DNA of 58,584 bases from Sphaeroforma arctica JP610 (Eukaryota), in NCBI RefSeq assembly GCF_001186125.1, contig NW_014040203.1, positions 6,496-65,079 on the forward strand, given 5' to 3'. The translations under genes and the position numbers were made by a program. Within the stretch, counting starts at the first letter, position 1, and each line of letters opens with the position of its first letter. The notes below the pieces were generated by a model. It was given only the letters and a program-made list of their open reading frames with translations, ran no database searches and was not told the DNA's origin. Below are positions 40,386-53,659 of this stretch, piece by piece.

Positions 40386-41607
40386 ACGCCATAGACTCTC
40401 ATCCAGGGGTGGATCCATACTCCTATGGACCGAATTCCGATGGAATCGAACCATCCCGATGAGCAAGGTCGTACCCCTGTCCGTTCCGGCCTTTAATTAC
40501 ATATGGACCAAACAAAGGGCGCATGGCCTTCGATGTGCGCCCTTCCGATTTGACCATCACCACATCGCCTTCCTCAAAGTGCACCAGATCGTCCGCATGA
40601 AGTCGGTCGAAGTTCCTCGTCAAAGTGTCCGTGTACCGTATCGTCAGCCTGTGCAACGTTGGTAAGATCGTATCCTGTAGGCGATCTAGGCGGTGAGCTC
40701 ATGTTTCGTTCGTAACCGGCTGGTGGTCTGGGGTATCGTCGGTAAAATCCGAAAATGGGACATGCCGGCGACCGAAGTATACACTAAACGGAGCACTCTT
40801 ATGCCGACGGGACACCCTTAAGTTCTGGTACAGCATCGTGAATGGGAGGCGCTCATCCCATGCGTGTGGTGTAGCCTCACAGCAAATCCGGATGGACCGG
40901 ATGATTTCTTTATGCCGACGTTCTGTAGCTCCTAACACTTGCGGACGATACGGCGGTGAGAGTTTGTGCATCATCACGACTTCCCGGACGATAAGGGCCA
41001 CAACTCCGTTAACAAATTCGGTTCCCATGTCCGACTGCATCTTCCTAGGGAACCCATGTTCGTCGAAGATTGCCAACAACGTCTGCGCCGGGGACTCCTT
41101 GGATTTGTCGGGTGTGGCGCGGAGAATCAAGTACCCCGAGGCTATGTCCAGAACGTGTAGGACATGTATATTCTTCCGGCGGAATACAATCGGCATCGGG
41201 ATGTAATCCACCTGAATGTGATCTCATGGGTAACGGGCGTCTATACTTACCACGGGGGGAAACCCTTTCTTCAGAGTATCCTGTCCCAAACACGCACTGC
41301 ATTGACGCTTAACTTCCGTCACTAACTCTAGAGCTCCCGGCCATATGTGGCCATTCTGTTGAAGTTGCGCCACTGTGTCCGCTGCCCCGTGGTGTCCTTG
41401 TTCATGTTGTGCTTGTGTGAGTTGTGTGCGTCGCTGTTGTTCGTCCAGTGACGCATTGGCAAATGCTGGTTGGGCCTCCGCACTCGTGATTGCGACTGAA
41501 AAATCCCGTGCTGTATCTAAACAACGAGGTTGAGGTACATATCGTGGTTCGGTAAAACCTAATCGCTGTTGAAACGACTCCGGCAGCAGAAAACCATTGG
41601 GGGGTCC

Positions 41608-42009
41608 AATTCTAGCAATCACTGTATGGCCCCACGGGGTTTTACTACATGCGTACTTAGCATGTTTCAAGAACGTGTGCGGTGTCCTCGGTACTAACAC
41701 CGGCTCAGACTGCAGCAAGGACTTGGATAAAGTGAACCACGGCGCTCGAGGGGCCCACGGAACACATACAGTTGCCGACGCCCCGTCGGCCTTAATCTTC
41801 CTAAACATCTTATGGATGAGCTTCCACGGTGGATTCATCCACCCATTAAGCAACGCCCAATTGTGCTGGAAGGCGCCCCCCCCCCGCTCGACGTGTGTCC
41901 AAAACCGAGGGAGTTGCGCATCCCCCGGCGTCGCGAACACATTCATATCGTTTGAGACGAAACTCTGCTGGGCTTGTGTGAAGTAGTTTGGGAACAGTTG
42001 CCAACAATC
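41608..42009 (-). other. Dam-like N6-adenine DNA methyltransferase domain in Gypsy pol (between RNase H and integrase)
   Basis: DCWQLFPNYF...DMNVFATPGDAQLPRFWT...AFQHNW...WMNPPWKLIHKMFRKIKADGASATVCVPWAPRAPWF. NPPW lies at 41835-41824, in one open frame with the RNase H end and the HHCC. Confidence 0.85.
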
Positions 42010-43144
42010 AACATACATCACTTCTGGTATATCGGCTTCCGCTGTCCCCTCGTGGACCCTACTCAACATATCAGGGAGAACATTCTTCTCTCCCGGAATG
42101 TGTGATATAGTGAAGTTAAACGGGGCTATAATGTGGTGCCAGCGTTGTAGCATCGGATCCAACTTCAACTGTGTATTCATATACACTAGCGCCTTATGGT
42201 CCGTGAATGCTGCGAATCATTACCCGTCGAGGAATTCGAGGAAGTGTGCAAGCCCATATACAAGCGCCAAGAGTTCCTTCATTGGCGTGGCGTAATTCTG
42301 TTGTGCCTGATTAAGAGTCTTACTGAAGAACATAAAGTAGTGCTTCTTTCCCTCCACCCACTGGAACAAAGCCCCTCCGATGCCATAGTCACTGGCAACT
42401 GTCTCCAAGTTCAGGGGAATATCCTCCACTGGGAAGTGGAGAGCCACCGCGTTAACTATCGCCGTCTTCATAGCCGCCAACGCCTCTGCGTGGCGAGGCC
42501 CCCACCTTGTCCCAATCAACTCGTTAGGTTTCAGCTTACAGAACTCTCGGAGTGGTGCTACTATGTGCGCAAAATTTGGAAGATGTTCGTGGATGAAGTT
42601 CGTAAGACCCAACGCCGATGCTATATCCTTGTAACGCTGCGGGTTCGGCCAATCCAGCAGCTTCGCCTGCTTCTCGAAATCAATATCAATGCCTGCTGCT
42701 GACACCTTCTTTCCGAGAATCATTACCTCCCTGATCGCAAAGTGACATGTATCAGGATTCAACTTGAAGCTATGATACGTAAGACGGCGAATCACCTCTG
42801 TAACCGTTGCATTATGCTCTTCATAGTCGTCACCCGCTATCACTATATCGTCGATGTAATGGTGTACGGGGAGGCCATCCAAAATTGTGCTCAACGTCCG
42901 TTGGAATTGCTGGGTGAGAACGTGCAGACCGAATGGCGCCGATGTAAATGAATATTGGTGGCGCCCATGGGTGAAGCTAAACAAGTACTGAGAATCTGGG
43001 TGAATCGGCAAACGATGATACGCTGCTGAGATATCCAATGTTGTATAATACTTCTTGCTCTGTAACCGCGATATGATCTCGTCACCATGGGGAGTAGGAA
43101 TTGGTCGCCTGGGATCAGACCATTGACTGCTCGCATATCGAGGC

Positions 43145-43625
43145 TATTGATCACAGTAAACCAGGATTGTTTACCAAGCATAAAACTACGGTCAAACACC
43201 GGAGGATCAACAAGGTTTATCCCAGCATCAAGCAAGGAGAGAATCTAAGCTCAGAGAGGGACACAGTAATATTACAGATGGAAATTAATCTCGGAGCCGA
43301 AGTGCCGGGAGTACGGAAACATCATTATAGAAAATCTCTGATGGGCATAAGGGCATCCCTAAATATCGGAGGAGTACAATCTAAACGTATAAGGCCAAAG
43401 ATTACAATGGAAGCCACGATCAGTTGAAGACGTGGCGACGCTGCCTTTGGATTGGATCATAGATTAAGTTGAGAATATTTTTCACCTTAAGAGGTGTTTT
43501 TCAATGGCTCAAGGATTACGAGTACAACGCATATAAAAGCAGGGACTCGAATCAAATAAATCACAACTATTCACTTAAAACTTAACTTAAAACACTTCAA
43601 GATACTTTAATATCTGAGAACAATA
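43145..43625. mobile_element. 481-bp insertion (solo-LTR-like, TATTG...CAATA ends) with 5-bp TSD GAGGC, in the Gypsy RT
   Basis: gaggc|TATTGATC...GAACAATA|gaggc. Removal restores RVCL-DMRAVN. Confidence 0.88.
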
Positions 43626-46600
43626 GAGGCAAACTCGTACCTTCTTAACATTCCCCTCGCTATCAAAGGTCGGTACCGCTAATAGTGGTAGGTTCACTGT
43701 AGTTGGAGTAGTTCGCTTGATAATAACTAAATCTCGTAGCCACTTCTGCACCTGTTCTTCCACGTATGGTATCCATCGGTCTGACACAAAGTTCTTAGTT
43801 GAACGACGCATGTTCATTGTTTGGTCTCTAGTGACCGGTATGGCCACCTCACTTCCTTCCAATCGGCATCGTGCGCTATCTGTAATCGCTGCATTCGCCT
43901 CTAATACTGATTTCAGATCCTCCCGGATGCCGTCAGGCTCGGTTAAATCTGGGGCTCGCTGTCTAGTGATCGGCTTCAGTATGTTGTCCAACTCTTTCGG
44001 ATCTGTAGGTGCTAATGGAGATTGTAGTCCTCCTAAGTATAACCCTAAGCCCGGCATAATATCTACCCCGATGATCACATCGATGCCTACCGGTAGATTC
44101 ATGAGCTACAAGGAACCGTTAGTTATAGCCGTTCCATATCTAATTGGGATGCTCTTCGTCGTCCCCAGTCGCCGAGTACGCGCCGCTTGATCCGCCAAAT
44201 AAATGTATGAATTAGGAGGAGCCGGAGATATCGGAAGGCCTAGCGCCTCTACGGATGCCTGCGAAATACAACCTCTATTTGCGCCTGAATCTACCAGGGC
44301 TCGGAATGTGCGACCATTCAACTGAACTTAAACATACACCCGTTGGTCTGCTGTTAACAGTGGGTCTTTTATCGCCTGTACCGAGTATCCTATATACGCA
44401 AACGTCAAAGCTATATCATAGTCAGACACCCTGATATCTCAAGGTTGATCTGATATGGGAGACCATTCTGGGGATATCTTATCGTCTCCTATCGGATCAC
44501 TCTCCCCCATATCACCAAAAAGCAGCGCTCCAAGATGTAGATCCGTGGCGGTAGGTGGGGTTTCCCACGCCGACGTGTCTGTGAGACTATGGACTTGCGG
44601 TTGCGTCGTGTTGTCGCCTCCCGCGCTTCGTACCGGTGGAACAGATGGTGTTATCGTTGAGGAAGGTGTTACTGCACTATGCGGTCCCGGGCCACGTTGA
44701 TGTGTCTCTAACGTGCGGCCACGGTTGTCCTGGGTTGCTGCCCTATAGTTATGACAGCGAGGAATGTGCCTCAACCCTGGTGGTGCTTGTGCCTGGCACC
44801 CGCCACATGTTGTTGTTGTATTCGACGGTGGCGTGCGCTGTTGCCACTGTTGTGTCCCTCGTGGAGTGGTCATATACGGTATACGTGTTACCGTCCCATC
44901 CCCCCGTTGATGATCGTTGGTATGTGGTCGTCGGTTCGACATTCACGCCGTAGTTCTTGTCTGTGCTTCTTGAATATCAGGACTGAGAAGCTGCAACAAT
45001 TCGTGAGTCTCCATCAAGTGCCACTTGGTGTGCAGTTGTAGCGTCCGCTCATATGTACGAGACCCAAGAGAGTCTTCCAACAACTGCACAATGCAGTGGT
45101 TCAAAAGGCTTTGCTTGAATTCCGCATCCGTCTGGCTGCATTGGTGGGCACGTCTGTGATTCTCCATTAATTGTGTCATCTGTGCCATAATAGGTACATT
45201 TGACACCCGAGAGTGTCCCTTCGCCAACTTACGGAATGTGGGGTCGACTGTCGCTTGAGTTTCGTGAGAGCAGATCTGTGTTATCTGCAACTCTGGAGTC
45301 CAATTGACCAAACGTTGGTTGGACTTGATATAATCTAAAGTAGACTGCTCGGCCTTGAAGTGGCTCAGAACCTTATAAAACCACCGCAAACTCCACGCCG
45401 TGTCTAGGCCCGAGATCTGCGCGTTCTTTAGCGCCTCCACCAGGGCTCCTTTAGTATCTCTCTCTAATACATTGTGTAGTTGGTATCGGTTCGACGGCCA
45501 TTCAGGCCTGCTTCTCGGTACTCGTGGTTCGTGCTTGGTTACGGGGCGCGAGTCATGTGTGGCTCGTAAGGTTTCTAACACTCCTCTCAGCGCCTCGGCA
45601 CGTGGAAGATCATCTGCCTCAACCGCTCTGCACAATTATTTCGATAGTCGGAGCATCCGCGCATGAAGCGCTTGGCGATCCGCCGCAATACTCTCCGGTG
45701 TCGGAGGGGTCACCTTGTCACCAGCCGTTAGTTGGGATACCTGTGTCGTAGGGGTCGATAACACCGTGTGTTCGGGTATCGAGTCTCGTAGAGCCTCCGG
45801 AGAATGAACCGTCTCGGAAAATCGATCACGACGGTTGTCCAGTGCCTCCGGCCCATGAGGGTCTTGTGCTGCTCTTTGTTGCGCATGTACAAAATATTGT
45901 TGGGAGATCGCTGCCCGTGGTGTATCTGAGTCGTGAGGTCCCATCCCTTGGGCTGCGGCTGGGTATCCGACTCCGTATCTAGCCGCACTGCCTGGAATCC
46001 TGAACTCTTAACGTACATTCTTCCCAACTGGCTCCGGCGGCTGACTGGTACTCATACTCTCCTCCTCCTGGCCCGGATCTGAAGAAATAGTGGTCGGACC
46101 TCTTCGAGGTCTCTCTGCCTGCCGCTGAAAGTGTTGCAGCCGCTGCTCATATTTCCCCAGCAATTCTTGCTGTTTCTGCAGTAGCTGATCCGTCTTGGAT
46201 TGCGCATTGCTCACGTATTGACGGCTCTGACGGTAAGGGCGTCGCTTCTGACGAGGTCGAGTCTGTCCTTGTTGGTGTAGAATCCTGCCACCGTCATTCT
46301 GACGCTTCTGTCCCCTATCACTACCTCGCCAGGTGTGGGCGCACGGAGGTGACGACTCGTTGCTTTTGCTCGGCGGTGCTGAACCCTCGCCTTGTCTCAA
46401 CCACTAGGGCTTTCTGCAGCATTGTCTGATTCGTCCGAAATGGTTCGTCTGCCTCCCCTCCGCTGGTCCTCAGACAACCCTTGGTCTCCCTCTTGAGAAA
46501 GGCCAGCTCTACGCTTGAAACCTCGTAGTTGGCTCGTACTACGTACATGTTGCTCGGGTTCCAGACCATGCTGACGACGACTCTTACGGGTGCTCGGCAT

Positions 46601-47847
46601 TGCAGTAAGGTTACGGTGCTTGTATGTCTAAGTCGAGAATAATTGATCTCTAACCTATTTACTTGTTGCTTATATATGCAACGGATGGCACCTCTCTTGA
46701 CACACATGCCTACTCCCAGAGTCCATGGACTCACTACTCCTCGTGCAGATTAATTGCATGGAGTAACTCTTCTTTATTACTCTTTGCTTTAGACTCATGC
46801 TCCCCCTATTGTCGCACGTGCTTCTTCTGTATACATACTCGTTCAATCTATTACTATTCTAGTCCCGACCGTACGTGTTGTCTACCTATTATTTCTCTAT
46901 TCCATCCATCCTGCATCTCTTGCTCCTCTTACTTCTTCGCTGACAGCTGTTCTGTCGCGCATGCTCCACAATGTGATGCTATTACGTGTCTCATATCGAA
47001 TTTTGTGGTAGTCTTCTCACACCTCTACTTCCACACTTATGCTGCTCATAACTAATTGCTATCGTATGTTACACTTATACGAGGCCAATACACAATGCTT
47101 CACTTCCATATATGTACCGCTAATATCTACTGATCCCTTATCACACACCTCATGTACACTACTTCATATTTGTTCATTACTAATGTTCACACCTTCCTAG
47201 CAACACTCATCTGCCAATAGACTCCACCTATGTTTCAGTCACGTCTCCTTGTTATCCATAGAGACTTACCTTGTCCATAGCAAACTTCCCCTGTCCAGTG
47301 TTCTTCGTTCATTTCCTCGTCATGGTCATGTCCCCAAATACTCGGTGTGTCTGGTACACTCACTAGTCGTCGTAACCTTGCTGGAGGTCCTGCTTGTCGT
47401 CTCCTCCACACATTCGTGTATTCCTGTATCTCTTCACTACTTATTGTTATAGAGATATACCATCTGGCTGATCTCTGCCGTCTCATGTCTAGGGGTTGAT
47501 TCATTTCACAGCGCGATCCGCGTGGTGGCGTCATTTCTTCATTTGGGTATCCTTCTGCTTCGTTGCCCACCTCGGAGTCGCTTCCTGAGTTTGACAACAA
47601 TGATGGCAGGCTCAGTTCACTGCTACCGAACCCGCTATCCTCGCTTCCCAGCTGTCGGTCTGTCGTGGACAGTCCTATGGGTGTATTTCCCTCTCTCATG
47701 TGACTTCTTGGGGGGTTTCTCCATTGTCCTGATATTGACGCTCTTATCCTAGCGAAAAAATTATGGGTCAGAATTCTGTCTTCTTTAGACTACGTCGGTT
47801 ATCACCTTTCTTCAATAAAGTACAACTAATAAGCCTGTTAAAAATAC

Positions 47848-47969
47848 AGTCAAATACGCGAGTTAACAATATCTCAACGTACTCCCCTCTTACAAGGGGA
47901 GACGTTGTATCTTTATTGAAATATAAAATGAACCATATATTCTAATATTTGATATGTGTATAAAATTGG
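47848..47969 (-). repeat. Remnant of the Gypsy 5' LTR (3' ~120 bp only)
   Basis: Direct repeat of 39829-39949 with several substitutions. Confidence 0.88.
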
Positions 47970-48989
47970 TCATAAACCCTAAACCAGAGTTTATGACCCT
48001 TTTTCAAATAAACCTAAAAACGTGAAACAACCTAAATAGAGTATATCTGACCACAAAGTGAATTTTACAATTATGGTAGCTGTGCTAGTCGTGCTGGTGT
48101 CTCTCAATAGAAGACATCCCGCACAACGACATAATACTTGGTGGTCTTTTATGTACGCTTATAGTAGACAATTCACTATATGAAGTGTTAGTCCAGTTTG
48201 ATATCTAATTATACAGTTTTACTGTATATGCAAGACTTCTTTGCTTACAGCATCTAACTACTAAAGTGCATAAAGAACTTCGTGGCAATTGTAATTTTCA
48301 CTTGTACAGAAGGTGTTGTTAAGAACTTAGATTGAATAAAAACACTGTAATAATAGAATAATACTTCAACAATAAAATATTGAAAAATATAAACTTGCCT
48401 AGTACTTTCAAATTTACATATACTTATCTTTTGGTTTCTTCCTGGTAGATCCTTCATTGCTGTTTGTTCGACTTGTGAATACTTTTCGATAGATGCCTTT
48501 TCATCATGAGTTTTCGACCTTTGAATTTAAATTGCGATCATAAATCTGGAACTTCAAATATTTTCGTCTCTTCCTTGAATTCTGGTAAGTAATCGCACTG
48601 CTAAAATCTTGAGACTTATATAGAGACACTTAGGATGATTTTTGTACAATACATTCTGGTACAAGTCTCTCAGACTTAGAATTATTCAGATGTGTATAAG
48701 CGATTAGTATATGATTCCCATATTATATCTTGTATTGATTTTCGCATGTGTCTCGTATGTTTCATCCTGATATGTATTGATATTTATATAGTGCTTTTCT
48801 ATTGTCCATGGACACACAGACCTCACTTCTATGATGGGCGTCCCCAAAAAAGTGGAATGACTATAGCAATTGCAATAGTAGCAATCTGTTCTATATCACC
48901 TGAACATAATCGTAATTGTTTCATTCATATCGAATAAATTAAATGCTCTTTAATGTACGGCTTGTTAAATTTACACTTGTGTTTACTGT

Positions 48990-49940
48990 ACAGTTGTCAC
49001 CGGGTACATATGTCTTCTATAGGTCAGACATCTTGCTCATTATCTTGACTCGAGCGTATATAAACTTTTTATGGTCTAAAGGTTTTGTAAGCATATCGCT
49101 TAATATTTCTGTTGTTGGTGTGTATACAAGTCGCACTTCGTCTGTGACTGTCCTTACTTTTGTGAAGTGATAAGAGGACTTTGATTTCTCACTTATCTTG
49201 ATCGACGACTTGTTATTTTGTTCGATGATCGTGGGCTATGTTTGCGGTAGACCAATTCCTTCAAGTAGGTGCCGTGTCCATACTGCGTCTCGTGTTGTAT
49301 CTGAGCATGCGACATATTCTGCTTCGGCTGTCGAAAGTGCTGTTGTCTTCTGCAAGTTCGTCCTCCATAAAAACGGTCCACCTGCTATCATTCTAATTTT
49401 TCCCGTTGTAGATTTTGTGTCCTCTGAGTTTGAACAGTAGTCACTGTCAGCTGAAAATGTACGTGTGAAGGGTATATCCTTACTGTATGTAGTGCCCAGA
49501 CTTCGTGTGCCTGACAAGTATCGTAAAACTCGTTTGGCGGCTTGCAAGTGGTGTTCCATCGGTGCGACTAAATGACGTCTCAGTAGGTTAATTGTGAGTG
49601 ATATGTCCGGTCTCGTGCCATCCGCCAAGTATCGTAAGCATCCTACAATGTGTTGATAAGCTTTGATGTCTCAGTAGGGTTGTCTTTGTCAGTAGCAATA
49701 TGATCAGTTCCAATGCAAGGGACCCGAGATGTATTGCATTCTAGGTCAAATTCTTCAGTAGATCCCTTGTGTATTGGCCCTGATGTATGCTGACGTTGCC
49801 CGGTGTATCCAGATTGATTGTGAGTTTGAGAAACCAGCTAGGCTCGCCCATATCTGTAGTGTTCCATTGCGTCTTCATTGCCTGAGTTATTGCATACGCA
49901 TCTGCTTTCGATGAACACATCACAATTGCTGGCTTCAAAA
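48990..49940 (-). mobile_element. Copia RT/RNase H fragment, related to Copia A
   Basis: MKTQWNTTDMGEPSWFLK, TRPDIS, AAKRVLRYLSGT, ADSDY, KSTTG, LSTAEAEYVA, SDMLTKPL. Confidence 0.9.
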
Positions 49941-50048
49941 ATCAAAATATTGTGTACTATTGCGCGCAAGCTAAACCACACGCTTGGAGTAGCTGACGGG
50001 TATGGGCTCAGGAGGTTGTAGTACGCGTGCGCAAACCCGCCTTTATTT

Positions 50049-50612
50049 TTATTTAGAAGTCAAATTTTCCTGGAGGTATAGTTCCTGACGTTGCGAAAGG
50101 GAGTGTATTCGAGGTTGCTGTGGTCGCACCAGTCTCGGTGGTCGTTGTTTGATGGTCAAGCTTATTCTTATAGCCGGAGACTCAGATGATTCATTCGTAG
50201 TTACATCCAAGTTGTCGGTTGACTCCGTAAACTCTCCTTCAAAACGCATACGTTTTCTGAGGGCACGAATGAACACCATAGCAGCGGCCTCTACGGTGTC
50301 ACATTCCCTGGAAAACGCCCTTTCTTGTTTCTCCATATCGATCGTCATGCGCTCGTGCATCCGTACAAGAGCTTTGAGGTCAGCCACGACACCCTTTGTT
50401 TTCTTTTGAGTTGATTCAAATTTTACAGCCAACTCCTGGATTCTTTTTTCGCCCTCTTCGATTTTTGATTCAATGCACTTGATCTCATCTTTCTTGGCGA
50501 TACCGACTAAATCAATGTTGAATAGGTTGGTCATGTGCTCGTGTTCAGCCCGTACCAATCTCGCATCAAATTCATCTTCATACGCCTTTAGTTTCTGAAT
50601 GCGTACCTTCAT
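50049..50612 (-). CDS. Intronless coiled-coil-like ORF (187 aa) of unknown function
   Basis: K/E-rich heptad-like sequence (KDEIKCIESKIEEGEKRIQELAVKFE) lying between TE fragments; no family recognised. Confidence 0.35.
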   Translation of the reverse strand: MKVRIQKLKAYEDEFDARLVRAEHEHMTNLFNIDLVGIAKKDEIKCIESKIEEGEKRIQELAVKFESTQKKTKGVVADLKALVRMHERMTIDMEKQERAFSRECDTVEAAAMVFIRALRKRMRFEGEFTESTDNLDVTTNESSESPAIRISLTIKQRPPRLVRPQQPRIHSLSQRQELYLQENLTSK

Positions 50613-50749
50613 TTTTTTGTCCCAATGGTGTCAATTCATATTCGAGATAGGATTGGAGCATTTCCACGACAGCTTTAAGGCGGTCATATTCCTCTCGTGA
50701 AGGAACTTTGGTGTCATTGGTGTTCATGGTGAAAGTGCCTATGAAAAAA

Positions 50750-51976
50750 TACTAGAGAGATTTCTATAGGTTATGGACAATAATTTCAACCCTTCTACCT
50801 TTTAGTCATATCGCTAACACCCCCCCCCCCCCCCCCCCCCCCGCAGCACAGGTCTACTCTAAGGACCTTAATCCTAACTCACAATATAGTTCCAGATGAT
50901 CCCCATGAGCCATACGACCAAGTCATCCGTACGCCTCGTGCTGACTGGACCCCTGCACAGAAAAATACTGTATGGACATGTGATTTCGTCAATGGGCTCA
51001 AAGAAACAGGAGAGTATAACCAATCCAAAGCCCTACTTGTAGCTACTCTATGCAAACCGCTCCGCCTTACCCTTGCAGCGACCATTCGCGCATCTCATCC
51101 ATGGAATCTTCTCCAGTTTCTTCAGGACCGATTCCGCTATCAGCCCAAGCAGGCCTATGGCTTCGTAAATGTCGCCTATCTCCGTTCTCTCTCCCATACC
51201 CCTCACGAAACAACTAGAGCCTGGACCCACCGAGTTGAAGATACTATCTCTCGTGCAGCGTCCCAAGAGACCACATTTTCAACTGAAGTCCAACAGAATC
51301 CCTTTATCGACGGACTATCTACGAATGACAAAGCTCAGCCTTGAAATGTACACCTCATGGCTGTCCAGAACCGATAAAATGTCACTATCCACAATTTTAG
51401 TGGATCACCTAGATAGATGGGACTTGAATCCCAACCCTCTACCAGCCAACACCAATGCCATCTCTCATGCAGCATATACGGCACCAGCTCCCGACACTAC
51501 CCTCCAAGAAATCGTACGCATGATAAAGACATTCAAAATTCACGTGGAACAAGAGGAGACCGAGTCATGAAATTCTATGTTTGCCAACCATCAACACCTC
51601 ATCCGTCTGCCCTAAAGGATGTGGCAAGTGCAAACACACTGGACGTGAATACACTATTACCTCACTGCAATGCACTGGTTTTAATATAAACGATTATGTC
51701 GCCACTGTATGTAGCAAGCGTACGAATAAAAACAACTTTCCGTATCGCAAAGTTGCTATCATTGCCTCTATATCATTGGATGTCAAATATACACGCAATA
51801 CAACCAAATCCACAAATATCTCACTACTCATAGACGATGGTGCAACGGTTGACTACCTTCACACATCCGCCGAGACACTACCAACGAAGATTTAATGCGG
51901 TCACTTTCCTCTAAAGCTTGCCGACAGTCTCACCACAACAATCACGACCCGATGTATTCTGCCTAACCTAGGCATG
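50750..51976 (+). mobile_element. Copia gag-protease fragment (decayed)
   Basis: PBS-like GGTTATGG at 50769, gag-like HPWNLLQFLQDRF, Cys/His knuckle-like CPKGCGKCKHTG, and protease-like LLIDDGAT...LKLADS. It ends abruptly at the LTR starting at 51977. Confidence 0.65.
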
Positions 51977-52373
51977 TGTTAGAGTGCGATGTGGGGGAAT
52001 ATAAGTAAAAGAATGGTGCGTTCGAATGAATTTATTTATGATCTCACCCTCAGTTGTATACTGATGGTGTTTGTACTAGTATTCAACCACTTGGGTTGGC
52101 CAGGGTAAAAACTCATGTGATCAGTGTGAGAAACCTTATGCAGAACACTATAGCACTCGGATATGTTTCCTAGAAATAAATATATCATATTCTCTGTTAC
52201 TACACTCAGTCTCGGACCTCGGCTCTCGGCTAGCCAGTGGCCCGTGTGCTATAAATAGAACAATCGGAGAAGAAGTCTCAAAATACTCTTACGTTCTCTC
52301 GGGCCGAACGACGTAAACCGATATTAACGTATATAGAAATACGTCTGCTTCTGTAGTCTCTCACTCCCCCTCA
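51977..52373 (-). mobile_element. 3' LTR (51977-52363) plus PPT of a Copia related to the Copia A LTR family
   Basis: The minus strand reads TTGAGGGGGAG|TGAGAGACTACAG...CACTCTAACA and shares the ggccagggtaaaaactcat...gagaaaccttatgc core with 35103-35588. Confidence 0.82.
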
Positions 52374-53659
52374 ATTTTACAATCAAAGGCTGAAGGCTGA
52401 AGGCTGAAGACCTATTTGTGAAATTGTTGACTCTGACACTCTGTAGATGGGTTGGGCAACTGGGGTGCACTACAGAATCTCACTAGTCTTACATCGACAG
52501 GCTCTCCTGATACAACGCTCCAAGCTTTAGAGGAGATCCGCCAACACTTGATCGATGCTGGTGAAAACATCCCCGACGACACCTACAAGTTACTTCGCGC
52601 AGACATATTTGATCACGATCTGGATGCCCTCACCATCGACGAGGTCTATAAAAAGGTGCTCAAATTTTGCTGGTGACAACCAACTTGATTCCTCACTGCC
52701 AATCTCCGGACTCGTGGCCTTCAAAACCCCTGCTGACCGTGGCAACACAGTCGATACCAAAGATGCCACCCCGAGTCGACTGAATCCTTCCGCTCAACGC
52801 CGCGACCGCCCTAATTGTCCTCTCTGTGGCAAACCAGGCCACAGTATTTCCGGCTGTCCCGATTCAATCTGCCGTCGTTGTGGTTCAGCCGACCACAAGG
52901 GTAATAAATACCCTATTGATCGTTCTACACTTTCGTGTTCCAAATGCAACAGAAGCGGTCACAACAGCACGGCTTGCATCTCTAAGTGAAACCACGGGGT
53001 TCATCACGGCAATATTAGCACTAACTACGTTCCAAATCAGAATATTTCCAAGGACACTGCAACAACTGCTTCTCCGGACATCTCTTGTCCTACAGCCCTC
53101 CACCAGCATTTTTCCAAGGATTCCAATATTCCCAATAAAGCGGACATAAATACACTTACTGAACGCTATCGCCTGCAGAGTGCAATATACCAAGATGGGC
53201 CCACAGCACCCCTATATTTAGCCGAGTCTCTCATTGACTCAGGCGCTATGATTTACATATATAACACAACCGAAGGTGTTACAAACATCCAGCATGGCAA
53301 CTTCAAAGTCGAATTCCCGGACAAGTCTCAAATAACGCTACACGCACGAGGCACGCTTCCAGGATTGGGCCACAAGCAGCACAAAACATCCTATCTGTCG
53401 ACTCCTTCAACGCAACGGTTTCGATGTCAATTTCTCCGCACAAGTTCACGATACGTTACCTACAGTGTGCCACATCACGGACCCTACAGGTCAGACACAT
53501 ACTATTCCAGACGTGAGCGGCCAATACAAAATAGCTACCTGTCCCACTCGCACCCTCGCAGATTGGCACAACGTTCTTGGTCATACGCACCCCCGCAAAA
53601 CACGACTAACCCTTTCGCAAAACAACATCGATGCTTACGTCGCCAAAAGTGACAACACA

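Larger units (their letters stand above)
39826..47969 (-). mobile_element. Ty3/Gypsy chromovirus-like retrotransposon carrying a Dam-like methyltransferase domain (decayed)
   Basis: Domain order: gag-like 46600-44439, protease ALVDSGA (44321-44106), RT (KVRVCLDMRAVN, DISAAYHRL, PFGL, YIDD), RNase H (ETVASDYGIGG, KELLA, DMLSR), MT domain, HHCC (HEQGH...CSAC), integrase (VDYI, SDMGTEF, ATER), GPY motif, chromodomain. It is flanked by direct repeats. Confidence 0.93.
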
